Source of the DNA: an uncultured Gammaproteobacteria bacterium
Lineage (GTDB): Bacteria > Pseudomonadota > Gammaproteobacteria > UBA9214
DNA: 64,000 nt
NCBI GenBank assembly: GCA_963773065.1
Contig: CAVYZN010000021.1
Coordinates: 1-64,000, forward strand
Reading direction: 5' to 3'
In this document: positions 10,720 to 20,665 of the stretch, piece by piece
How the letters are laid out: every line of letters starts with the position of its first letter
Position numbering within the stretch: position 1 is the first letter of the stretch
The notes under the pieces: model-generated
Told to the model about the DNA's origin: nothing
The model's input: the letters and a program-made list of their open reading frames with translations, nothing else
The model's database searches: none
Position numbers and translations under genes: made by a program

Positions 10720-11975
10720 ATGGCGAAAACCCATTCACGGGTGCTATCCGGAATGCGTCCCACCGGGCGCCTGCACCTCGGCCACTATCATGGCGTCCTC
10801 AAGAACTGGGTCAGGTTGCAGCAGGAATTCGACTGTTTCTTCTTCGTGGCCGACTGGCATGCGCTCACCACGCACTACGAGGAATCGCACATCATCGCCG
10901 AGAGCGTCTGGGACATGGTGATCGACTGGCTGGCGGCGGGCGTCGACCCGGAGTCCGCGCAGTTGTTCATCCAGTCGCACGTACCGGAGCACGCCGAGCT
11001 GCATCTGCTGCTTTCCATGGTGACGCCGCTCGGCTGGCTGGAACGGGTGCCGAGCTACAAGGACCAGCAGGAAAAGCTGCGGGAACGGGATCTCGCCACC
11101 TACGGCTTTCTCGGTTATCCGCTGCTGCAGAGCGCCGACATCCTCATCTACGGGGCCGACAAGGTGCCGGTCGGCGAGGACCAGGTGGCCCATGTCGAGC
11201 TGACCCGCGAGGTGGCGCGGCGCTTCAACCATATCTTCGGGCGTGAACCGGGTTTTGAGGAGGCCGCCGAGACCGCCATCAGAAAGATGGGCAAGAAGAA
11301 CGCGCGCCTCTACCATGACCTGCGCAAACGCTACCAGGAGCAGGGGGAACGCGAGGCGGTGGCGGTGGCGCAAGCCCTGCTTGAGGAACAGCAGAACCTT
11401 TCCCACAGCGACCGCGAACGCCTGCTCGGGTATCTCGAGGGCAGCGGTCGGCATGATCCTGACCGAGCCGCAGGCCCTGCTCACGCCGGCCTCCCGCATG
11501 CCCGGCCTGGACGGACAGAAGATGTCCAAGTCCTACCACAACACCATCACCCTGCGGGAAAACCCGGAGGATGTCCGGCAAAAATTGCGCACCATGCCGA
11601 CCGACCCGGCGCGCATACGCCGCACCGATGCCGGGAACCCCGATGTCTGCCCGGTATGGCAACTGCATGCGGTTTATTCCGATGAGGCCGTGAAGGCGCT
11701 GGGTGCGGGAGGGCTGCACCACGGCCGGGATCGGTTGTCTGGAATGCAAGCAGCCCATCATCGACAGCATACTCGGCGAACTCGCGCCCCTGCAGGAACG
11801 GGCGCGGGAGTACGAACAGGACAGGGATCGGGTGCGCGCCATCATCGCGGAAGGATGCGAGGCCGCCCGCGCCGTCGCCCGCGAAACGCTGGCAGAGGTG
11901 CGCGCCGTCATGGGGCTGGATTACTCGCCGAAGAACCTGATAGGAAATCGAGACATCCCTTCGAAACTGGGTTAG
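10720..11975 (+). CDS. trpS: Tryptophan--tRNA ligase (two apparent frameshifts)
   Basis: SGMRPTGRLHLGH, VPVGEDQ, GLDGQKMSKS, GIGCLECK over three frames. Confidence 0.92.
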
Positions 11976-12038
11976 AATCCCGCGGACGGCTGAAGCCGTC
12001 CCTCGGTCACGTTAACGCCGTAACGTCCAGGGCACTCC

Positions 12039-12893
12039 ATGAGCGAAAACCAGAACCGCGAAGCAAGACCTGATATCCCGACGCAGGAAGAACTTCCCCT
12101 CGCCATCATACGGGGCCACGCTCTGGCCTCGTTTCCCAAGGATCTCTACATACCTCCGGACGCGCTGGAGGTGTTTCTGGAGTCATTCGAGGGTCCGCTC
12201 GATCTCCTGCTGTACCTTATCCGCAAGGAGAATCTCGATATCCTGGACATACCGATCGCCGAGATTACACGTCAATACACCGACTATATCGAACTCATCC
12301 AGGGCATGCGGCTTGAGCTGGCCGGTGAATACCTGGTGATGTCGGCCATGCTGGCCGAGATCAAGTCGCGGCTGCTGCTGCCGCGACCGGCGGGCGAGGA
12401 GGAGGACGAGGAGGATCCCCGCGCCGAACTGGTTCGCCGCTTGCAGGAGTACGAACGCTACAAGCAGGCCGCGGAAGATCTCGACGCCCTGCCGCAACTG
12501 GGACGCGATGTCTACCAGGCCCGGGCGGAGCGGGTGGACGGCAAGCTGCTCAGGTTGCCCCCGGAGGTGAATCTGCAGGACCTGATCGCCGCGTTGCAGG
12601 AGGTGATGAAACGCGTCTCCATGTTTGCTCATCATCACGTGCAGATGGAATCACTGTCCGTGCGCGAGCGCATGTCCTGTGTTCTGGATGCGGTCCAGGC
12701 CCATCGCTATACCCGTTTCGTCGATCTCTTCACCGTCGAGGAGGGACGCATGGGCGTGGTGGTGACGTTCCTGGCCGTGCTGGAGCTGACCCGGGAATCC
12801 CTCATCGAACTCACTCAGTCCGAACCGTTCGCGCCGATTCATGTCAGGGCGGCTTCCAGCATTGAACAACTTCCCGAGCAGGCGACGGCATGA
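12039..12893 (+). CDS. scpA: Segregation and condensation protein A
   Basis: FEGPLDLLLYLI, EIKSRLLLP, VVTFLAVLEL. Confidence 0.95.
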   Translation: MSENQNREARPDIPTQEELPLAIIRGHALASFPKDLYIPPDALEVFLESFEGPLDLLLYLIRKENLDILDIPIAEITRQYTDYIELIQGMRLELAGEYLVMSAMLAEIKSRLLLPRPAGEEEDEEDPRAELVRRLQEYERYKQAAEDLDALPQLGRDVYQARAERVDGKLLRLPPEVNLQDLIAALQEVMKRVSMFAHHHVQMESLSVRERMSCVLDAVQAHRYTRFVDLFTVEEGRMGVVVTFLAVLELTRESLIELTQSEPFAPIHVRAASSIEQLPEQATA

Positions 12894-13666
12894 CCGACGA
12901 GACGCAGGCCAGCGAACCGCCAGCCGCCGATCCCCAGGCCGGTGAACCGCACATCAGCGAACCGCCAGCCGGCGAAGCGCAATCGGATAGCGAACGGCTG
13001 AAACTGATCGTTGAGGCCATCCTGCTCGCCGCGGGCCGGCCGATGAGCCTGGATCAGTTGCTGGCCCTGTTCACCGAGGAGGAAAGACCGGAGCGCGGCG
13101 ACCTGCGCGGCGCCTTGGCGGCGCTCGCGGATGACTTCAGGCACCGCGGCATCGAACTCGCCGAGGTCGGCGGCGGCTACCGCATCCAGATCCGGCGGGA
13201 GATGCAGCTCTGGGTGTCGCGCCTGTGGGAGGAGAAACCCGCGCGTTATTCGCGCGCCTTGCTGGAGACGCTGGCGCTGATTGCCTACCGCCAGCCGATC
13301 ACGCGCGGTGAGATCGAGGAAGTGCGCGGCGTCACCGTCAGTACGTCCATCATGAAAACCCTGCTGGAGAGGGAATGGATACGCGCCGTCGGCCATCGCG
13401 ATGTCCCCGGCCATCCCGCCATGTATGGCACCACGAAACAGTTCCTCGACTATTTCGGTCTGAAAAGCCTCGATGAGCTGCCGACCCTGGCCGAACTGCG
13501 CGATCTGGGCACGTTCGGTCCCGAACTGGCGCTCGATTTGTCGGAGGTTCTTCCGGAACACCGGCTGATGCCGGCCAATGATGAACCGGACGCGCCGCTT
13601 CCCGCGCGGGAAGAGAATCCCCTGGTCAGCGAGTCCGCGGAAGACACACCCGCCACATTTCACTAG
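12890..13666 (+). CDS. scpB: Segregation and condensation protein B
   Basis: LETLALIAYRQPITRGEIEEVRGV, YGTTKQFLDYFGL. Confidence 0.95.
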   Translation: MTDETQASEPPAADPQAGEPHISEPPAGEAQSDSERLKLIVEAILLAAGRPMSLDQLLALFTEEERPERGDLRGALAALADDFRHRGIELAEVGGGYRIQIRREMQLWVSRLWEEKPARYSRALLETLALIAYRQPITRGEIEEVRGVTVSTSIMKTLLEREWIRAVGHRDVPGHPAMYGTTKQFLDYFGLKSLDELPTLAELRDLGTFGPELALDLSEVLPEHRLMPANDEPDAPLPAREENPLVSESAEDTPATFH

Positions 13667-13681
13667 CCCGCCGTTGCGTTC

Positions 13682-14565
13682 ATGGCGGAGCGTCTGCAAA
13701 AAATCCTGGCCCGTGCCGGTTATGGTTCACGCCGCCAGATCGAGGACTGGATACGCGCCGGCAGGATCAGCGTCAATGGCAGTCCTGCCGTACTGGGTCT
13801 TGGCGTTACCGGGGCGGACCGCATCGAGATCGACGGCCGGCCGGTGGCGGTGGCCATCGCCCTCGGACAGCCGATCCCACGAACAATCCTCTACCACAAA
13901 CCCGTGGGTGAACTCACGACACGCGCGGACCCGGAAGGCCGCCCGACGGTGTTCGACAAGCTGCCGCCGCTGAAGACGGCGCGCTGGATCGCGGTCGGCC
14001 GCCTCGATTTCAACACGGCGGGACTCCTGCTGCTCACGACCGATGGCGAACTGGCCAATCGCCTGATGCATCCTTCCACGGAGATCGAGAGGGAGTATGC
14101 CGTGCGCGTGCTGGGCGAGGTTGCCGCCCCCGTGATCGAGCGCCTGCTCGGCGGCGTTGAACTGGAAGACGGGAGGGCGGCGTTTGGCTCCATCCACGAC
14201 GCCGGCGGGAGCGGCGCAAACCACTGGTACCATGTCACCCTGAAGGAAGGGCGCAACCGCGAGGTGCGGCGCATGTGGGAATCGCAGGGCGTGGCGGTAA
14301 GCCGCCTCATCCGGGTGCGCTTCGGGCCGATCGGCCTGCCGCGGGAACTGCGCCCGGGACGCCACCGGCCGCTGACCCGCCGGAGGTCATGGCGCTCTAC
14401 CGCGCGACCGGCCTCAAGCCGCCGCGAGTGTCACCGCAGCGCGACCACCGGCAAGAAATCCGCACCCGGCAAGCGGGCGAAAACGCCGTATTCACCGCAG
14501 AGACGCAGAGGACGCGGAGAAAAAGAATAAAGGGCTCGATCGAAATAGTGGCGTTTCTCCTGTAG
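13682..14565 (+). CDS. rluB: 23S rRNA pseudouridine synthase B (C-terminal frameshift, end uncertain)
   Basis: S4 domain ERLQKILARAGYGSRR; GRLD; EGRNREVRR; follows scpAB. Confidence 0.88.
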
Positions 14566-14629
14566 GAGCGGGCTTGCCCGCGAACGGGTATCGAAACCCA
14601 ACGATTCGCGGGCAAGCCCGCTCCGTACA
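14561..14629. repeat. GTAG-type REP pair (REPIN) between convergent genes
   Basis: TGTAGGAGCGGGCTTGCCCGCGAA ... TTCGCGGGCAAGCCCGCTCCGTACA inverted pair. Confidence 0.85.
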
Positions 14630-14789
14630 AGTGGTTTCGTTACGATTTCAGCTCCAGGCGCTACTGAACCAATCGTTGGACCTGTCTGATGTGGAGATCG
14701 CTGCGCTACCGGGCCTGCTTGGGGAACCGCCGTTCGTGTTGTCGGGAGCTGATATGACTCGAAGGGAACTACTGCAATGGCCGGTAAAT

Positions 14790-15554
14790 TCACTCCACGG
14801 TGAACTGCCGGCCGCTGATGCCCCGGCTGTCCGTCGAGAGCAGATACAGGAACGGCCTGAGCACCTCGTCCGCCGTTCTGAGCCGGCTCCGGTCCTCGGC
14901 CGGATAGGCGATCAGGCGCAACGCCGTGCGCACGGCGCCCGGGTCGATGCTGTTGGCGCGCACCGGTGTATTGGCTTCCAGTTCATCGGCCAGGATCTGC
15001 ATCATGTTCTCCAGCCCGGCCTTGGCGATGCCATAGGCGCCCCAGTACGCCTTGCCGCGGCGCCCCGCGGCATCGGAGGTGAAGATGATGGAGGCATCGT
15101 CTTCGCAGCGGGTCATCAGTTCCAGACAGGCCCGGGTCAGCAGATAGGGCGCGTTGAGGTTGATCTGCATGACCTGGTGCCAGAGCTCGTCATCGAAATG
15201 CGCCAGCGGGGTCAGCGCGCCGAGCAGGGCCGCATTGTGTACCAGCCCGTGCAGCCGCCCGAATTCCCGTTCGAGGGTATGGGCGAGCGCGGCGTAGTCC
15301 TGCGCTGTCGCGCCCTGCAGGTCCAGCGGGTAGAGCGCGGGTTCCGGGTGCCCCGCCGCCAGGATTTCATCGTAGGTCTGTTCCAGCCCGCGCACGTTGC
15401 GGTCCAGCATGACGACCGTCGCGCCGTGTCTCGCGCAGGCGCGCGCGAGCGCCCGGCCGATCCCGTCGGCGGCGCCCGTGACCAGTACGATCCTGCCGGC
15501 AAGCAAATCGGCGGCGGGTTCCCAGTCGCGGGGTGGTTGGTGATCAGCGGTCAT
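14790..15554 (-). CDS. yciK: YciK-like short-chain dehydrogenase
   Basis: VTGAADGIG, HNAALLG, YWGAYGIAK, IDPGAVRT. Confidence 0.85.
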   Translation of the reverse strand: MTADHQPPRDWEPAADLLAGRIVLVTGAADGIGRALARACARHGATVVMLDRNVRGLEQTYDEILAAGHPEPALYPLDLQGATAQDYAALAHTLEREFGRLHGLVHNAALLGALTPLAHFDDELWHQVMQINLNAPYLLTRACLELMTRCEDDASIIFTSDAAGRRGKAYWGAYGIAKAGLENMMQILADELEANTPVRANSIDPGAVRTALRLIAYPAEDRSRLRTADEVLRPFLYLLSTDSRGISGRQFTVE

Positions 15555-15602
15555 GAGGGCGCCGATTATACCGGGGAATATCCCCTTCCCGATAACCCGG
15601 AT

Positions 15603-15730
15603 GTCCGTCCATAAAGAAATAAACTCACCGCAAAGGCGCGAAGAACGCAAAGCCGTTTAATTGTTTTTGTTAATATGTCTTCTTCGCGAACTTTGCGTCT
15701 TTGCGGTGAAAATGGTGTTTATGGATGGAC
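15603..15730. mobile_element. Complete ~128-bp MITE, copy 2 (opposite orientation)
   Basis: Terminal inverted repeats GTCCGTCCATAAA / TTTATGGATGGAC enclosing the long internal palindrome. Confidence 0.8.
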
Positions 15731-15760
15731 GTAGTGACACGATATGGTTGGATTGTGGCG

Positions 15761-16405
15761 ATGCTAGACGATATCCCGCTGTTTTCCGATCTCGATGCGG
15801 CCGAGCTCGCGTTGTTGTCCAGCAAGGCGGTGACCCGGCAGTACCCGCGCAACACGATCATCATCAATGAGGGTGATCGCAGCGATTCCCTGTATATCAT
15901 CCGCTCGGGCAGCGTAAAGGTCTTTCTGAGCGATGCCGACGGCAGGGAAGTGATTCTGAACGTTCAGGGACCCGGCGAGTATTTCGGTGAACTGGCGTTG
16001 ATCGACATCGGTCCGAGATCGGCCTCCGTCATCACGCAGGATAAAGCCACGCTGTCACTCATTTCGAAGTCGGATTTCGAGGATTTCATGCGACAGCACC
16101 CGGCGGCCACCGTCAAGATCATGCGCGGCATGGTCAAGCGGCTGCGGGCGCTGACGGAGAGTGTGAGAAGCCTGGCCCTGATGGACGTCTACGGCCGGGT
16201 CGCCGGTCTGCTGCTCAAGCTCTCGAAGCCCGAGGGGGATATCCGGGTGATCAGGGATCCCTTGACCCAGCAGGATATCGCCGACCGGGTGGGCGCCTCC
16301 CGCGAGATGGTGAGCCGCATCCTCAAGGATCTGAAGGCCGGCGGCTATATCGAGATTCACGACCGGCAGATCACCATCCGGGAGCGGCTGCCGCACGGCT
16401 GGTAG
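15761..16405 (+). CDS. Crp/Fnr family cyclic-nucleotide-binding transcriptional regulator
   Basis: cNMP cassette FGELALID..PRSASV; HTH TQQDIADRVGASREMVSRIL. Confidence 0.93.
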   Translation: MLDDIPLFSDLDAAELALLSSKAVTRQYPRNTIIINEGDRSDSLYIIRSGSVKVFLSDADGREVILNVQGPGEYFGELALIDIGPRSASVITQDKATLSLISKSDFEDFMRQHPAATVKIMRGMVKRLRALTESVRSLALMDVYGRVAGLLLKLSKPEGDIRVIRDPLTQQDIADRVGASREMVSRILKDLKAGGYIEIHDRQITIRERLPHGW

Positions 16406-16457
16406 TCAGGACGGCGTCGGCGTCCGCTGCCGGCAGCGGTTTTCCCTCAACCGCCGG

Positions 16458-16661
16458 TTAAGTGCATATCTTGACCCAGCCAGTTCCCGTCCAGACGTAA
16501 ATGCAGCCGGGACTCTGCTTGGTGGCGATGATCGCCGAGGCCCAGGCGTGTGGCGGTTGCGGGGCATCCATGCTGTGTTTCCCTAGAGGTGATGTCACCT
16601 CGACCACCTTGCCCTCTTCATCGAGGTGAAACTCGACCGGAATGGTTTCTCTTATTGCCAT
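16458..16661 (-). CDS. 67-aa peptide with C-terminal Cys-x12-Cys aromatic hairpin
   Basis: Strong RBS GGGGAGGA; ends SPGCIYVWTGTGWVKICT. Confidence 0.65.
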   Translation of the reverse strand: MAIRETIPVEFHLDEEGKVVEVTSPLGKHSMDAPQPPHAWASAIIATKQSPGCIYVWTGTGWVKICT

Positions 16662-16883
16662 GATGATTCCTCCCTTCTGATTTTGCGCCCATGGCGTTCC
16701 CGTTGCGCGGGTCCGCCTGTTACACGGTGGCAGGCAGATACCACCGATTCTGAATCCTCACGTTTATCGTTCAGACGGGCATGGCCGTCATCGAGAATCC
16801 GAAACCCGGCGCCATGACGGCCTGACAATCTCCCCACGAATCATTCACGAGACCGCCATCCGTGTCCCTTTGCTATCCGCCAT

Positions 16884-19800
16884 TCAGAATGACAGGGTCA
16901 GGCGTGTGAAGAAAAACCGTTCCGGATAGATGCGCGGGTTGAAGGGATCGGTATCCACGAACTTGAACTTTCTCATCGAGCAGGTTGCTCACCCCGGCGC
17001 TGATGAACCCGTAGCGCTTCGGCAGCCGGTAACCGACCGTGGCATCCACCAGCCAGAACTGGTCGTTCTTGTCTTCGTCGGCACGTTGGCGAGGAACCCC
17101 GGCCCCGCGGTGGAAAATTCGCCCTGCTGGTCGATGTACGTCGTCCGCAAGTGGGCGAAGTAGCCGAGGGGATGAAAATAGCTGACGGTCAGCGGCACCC
17201 GCTGGGTCTGGATTTGGGTGGCCTGGAATTCGCCGGTGAAGGACTGCTCCCGCTTGAAGTCCTCATACTGGTATTCCGCGCTCGCCGCCACGCGCCGGGT
17301 GGGCGTCCAGTACAGATAGGCGCGCCCGAAGCCCTCGTCCCAGTTGACCTCATCGGGATCGCCGTCGATCAGGGGTACTTGCGTGTCACGCCAGCGGTAT
17401 TCCACGCCGCCGGAAACATCGGCGGTAAACACCTGATCGGCCGCCAGTCCATAGACGATGGCCTTGGTGCCGAACGGATCGTCGTAGAACTGGTTGAATC
17501 CCGCCACCTGGGTCGGCTCGATCGTCTGGCTGCTGGAGAGGCTGCGGGTGATGGTCCGAAATGCCGCGGCGCGCAGCGTGGTGTTTCCCTCGCCTGCCAG
17601 GTGAGGCCGAGCTTCGGATTGAGCTTCTGGACGCCGATGTGGGATTGTCTCGGCGGGCAGCGGCACGCCATTGGCCGTGTTCTTGCTGGTTTGATCCTCT
17701 CCGAGGTCGTCATAACTCGCGCCCGCCGTGACCAGCAGCGTATCGCCGTAGGGAATGTTGGCATAGCTATAAACGTTTTTGTGATCCTTGTTCTGATCCC
17801 GGTCTGGAATCGACGTTTGAGGCGGGAAACACCGGCGGCGTGAAGGTGGTGTCGGCGGTGGAAGGCAGCTTGCCGTCACCGGTGAAATAGCCCGCCCCGC
17901 TCACCAGCCTGAACGAGGCGCCATGGTAGAGGTGCTGGATCTCCGTGGTATTGCCGTTCTGGTGTTGTTCGAGATTGACGTTGGTATTCGCGGTCACTGG
18001 CGGCAGACCGGGGATCGGAGGCAGGTCCTGGGGTACGGAGGTGTCGAGGTTGAAGTCCCAGTCATGCAGGGTGATGAACGAGGCGATGATTTCCGAGCGC
18101 GGCGTGAATTCATGGTGCAGGCCGAGCCGCATGGTCTCGGCCGTGGTCTTCTCGCGCTGGGTAGGCAGGAAATCATCCGGCTCGAAGCGCTGTACCAGAT
18201 CGCCGTTCTTGATCCGCCGGTCGCGGTATTCGGCCTGTACGCTGGTCTGGTAGCTGAGCGCGCCCTGAACGAAGAGATCGTAGATGTCCTGGTCCTGGTC
18301 GTTGTTGTCGCGGAAGCCGTCGCTCTGGTAGTGGAACTGGCCGGCGCTCCAGGACCAGTTGTTGTACACGCCGTTTTGCACCACGTCATCGCCCCAGGTG
18401 CTGTTGCTGCCGGCGAGGCCGTCGGCCTGCAGGGCGAGGCGGTTGCGCGTGAACAGCGGATTGAACTCCAGGTAGGCGGGATCGGCCGGACCGGCGCCTT
18501 CCAGGATGAACAGGTTCTCCTCCGCGAGCTGCGGCGGCACCGGGGTCAGGTTGATCGGCTGCAGGAGCTGGGACTGCAGCAGTTCGCTCACGCGGGCGAT
18601 CTCGTGGCGGGGCAGGACGGAATAGCTGTCCGCGAGCAGCCGGTGGGCCGAGTAATTGGCGGGGTCGGTGTTGACCGACTGCCAGCCCTTCACCAGCGCC
18701 AGCTGCTCGAAACCGAGGTCGCTGTAGATGCGCGCCTGGCTGGCGCTGCGGGTGGCCAGATCCTCGTCGAGCTGCAGGCGCGAGCGGTACACGGCGCGGT
18801 TGTCGTTGAGCGCGATGGAGGTCTGCATGTCGTGCAGCGCCTCGACCGGGCGGTTTTCGGTCTGCTTGCGGATGGCGTCATAGAACCACGGCGTCGGGTC
18901 CTTGGGGTCGAGCGTCTTGGCCATCTCGTACTGGGTCCCCGCCAGCCGGTCGCGCTTCTCCTCGTAGTAGGCCTTGCCCATGTAGCTGCGGATCAGGGAA
19001 CTGGCGGGATCGAGCGCCACCGCGATTTCGATGGCTTCCCGGCCCGCCGCCAGCTCGCCTTTGCGGATCTGCGCCAGACCCAGCCCCAGGCGGGGCAGGG
19101 GCGCCGCCTGATCGAGAGCGATGGCTTCATCGAAGGCGCTCAGGGCCTGCGGTATTTTGATCTGAGTGAGGTAGGCGTAACCGCGCACGGTCTGGGTCAG
19201 AGCCAGTCGCGGCTCGATGCTGCTGGCCCGTTCCGCCGCCGCCAGTCCCTCATCCAGATAGCCCAGCGAAAGCCGCAGCTCCGCGAGACGCGCCCAGGCG
19301 AGGGCATCGTCGGGATTGTCGCGCACGGCGCTCTGCAGGCTCTCCAGCGCGCCGGCGAGATCGAAGGATCGCCTGCTGGACATAGGACATCGCGATCCGC
19401 GCCGCGGCGGAGGCGGGCCGGGCGGTGACGGCGCGCTGCGCCAGTTCCCGTGCGGATGCCGTGTCGTTCTGGGTCAGGGCGATGATGGACTGCAGCGCCA
19501 GCGCCTCGCTGTTGTCGGGGTCCTGCGCGAGCACCTGGGCCAGATACGCCCGCGCCTCATCGACCCGGCCCACGGCCAGGGCCTGCGCGGCCTGTTGCAG
19601 CGGAGCGTTGAGGCTTTCGGTGGCGGAGAGCACCGGCGGATAATACAGGGTCCATTGCACGGCATCGCGCGGGCGGACCACGGCTTCGGTGATCGGGGCC
19701 TGGCCGGCCTGGGCCACGGCGCGCTGATTGGCGCCGACCTGCACGCTGCCCGCCGGGTTGCTGACCTGCACCTGGCCTTCGTAGACGATGACGCCGGTTT

Positions 19801-20284
19801 CGCCCTCATCGACTTGCACCAGGAACTCCGTGCCGGTGATGGCGGCGTTGGCGAGCGGGGTGATGATCTGCAGTGACCGCGGATCGCGGCTGATGAAGTG
19901 CGCGGCTCCCTTGAGCAGTTCGAGCCAGGAGGGCGCGGTGTCGGTTTCCGCCGCGGTGAAGACCAGCGAACTGTACTGATCGAGACGGATCACGGTTTCC
20001 GGATAGAACAATATGGCCGCACGGCTGTTCCCGCCGGTGCGCACGGCATCACCCGGACAGAAGCGTTCATCCCGGCCGGCGGTCTGCCATTGCTGATCCC
20101 GGGCGCGTTTGACCTCCAGCGTACCCTGCACGGAGATGGCGCGCGCCAGCGCCGGATCACACGGTTGCGCCGCGGCCAGGAGCTGCGAGGGGATGGTCAG
20201 CGCATAAAGGATAAAGAGGTGAAGCAGACGGGCTTTGAGCGGAAATACCGCGTGTGAAAAAAATATGTTGTTCCCGATTGGCAT
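16884..20284 (-). CDS. FecR-TPR-beta-barrel outer-membrane protein (NsrA-like architecture), several apparent frameshifts
   Basis: FecR (GDAVRTG...ITPLANAAITGTEF), DAVQWTLYYPP, TPR helices, DPKDPTPWFYDAI, beta-rich C-terminal half ending FFTRLTLSF*. Confidence 0.82.
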
Positions 20285-20665
20285 CTTCTTGGTTGGCAAT
20301 GACGTGCCCGGTGGCTGACGTGCGCCGGTCCGCACATGGCTTGATCGATCAGGACCGCGATGTAATCACACGCGTCGCGTTACGGTCCAGCATTTTATCC
20401 TGCCACGGCATCGAGGGTCGATTTTCTCGGCCTCCTGTATACGTATTTGTACGTAGTCAGACCGGATTGCTACCGAGGCGAGTTCCGGGATGGGCATGCC
20501 GGCTAACGAGTGTGCCGTTAGGCCGCTTGCACATGGATGGGCAAGCGGTCCGGGATGGGCAGGACTGCCCGAAGCGACGTGCGGCACCCGTAGCCTACAG
20601 GGCCGGTATTCACGGCGTGTTCCGGCAAGCCCATCCCGGACCGCGTGGCATGACTCGTGATGCTC

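Noticed and set aside
16884-20284. Classical TonB-dependent siderophore receptor with FecIR signalling
   Set aside because: The FecR domain is fused to TPRs and the barrel, and no ECF sigma or TonB genes are adjacent; the context is cyclase/Crp.
20356-20370. CRP box CGCGA-TGTAA-TCACA upstream of the receptor gene
   Set aside because: The spacer is 5 nt rather than 6 and the left half-site is weak; not supportable unless an indel is shown.
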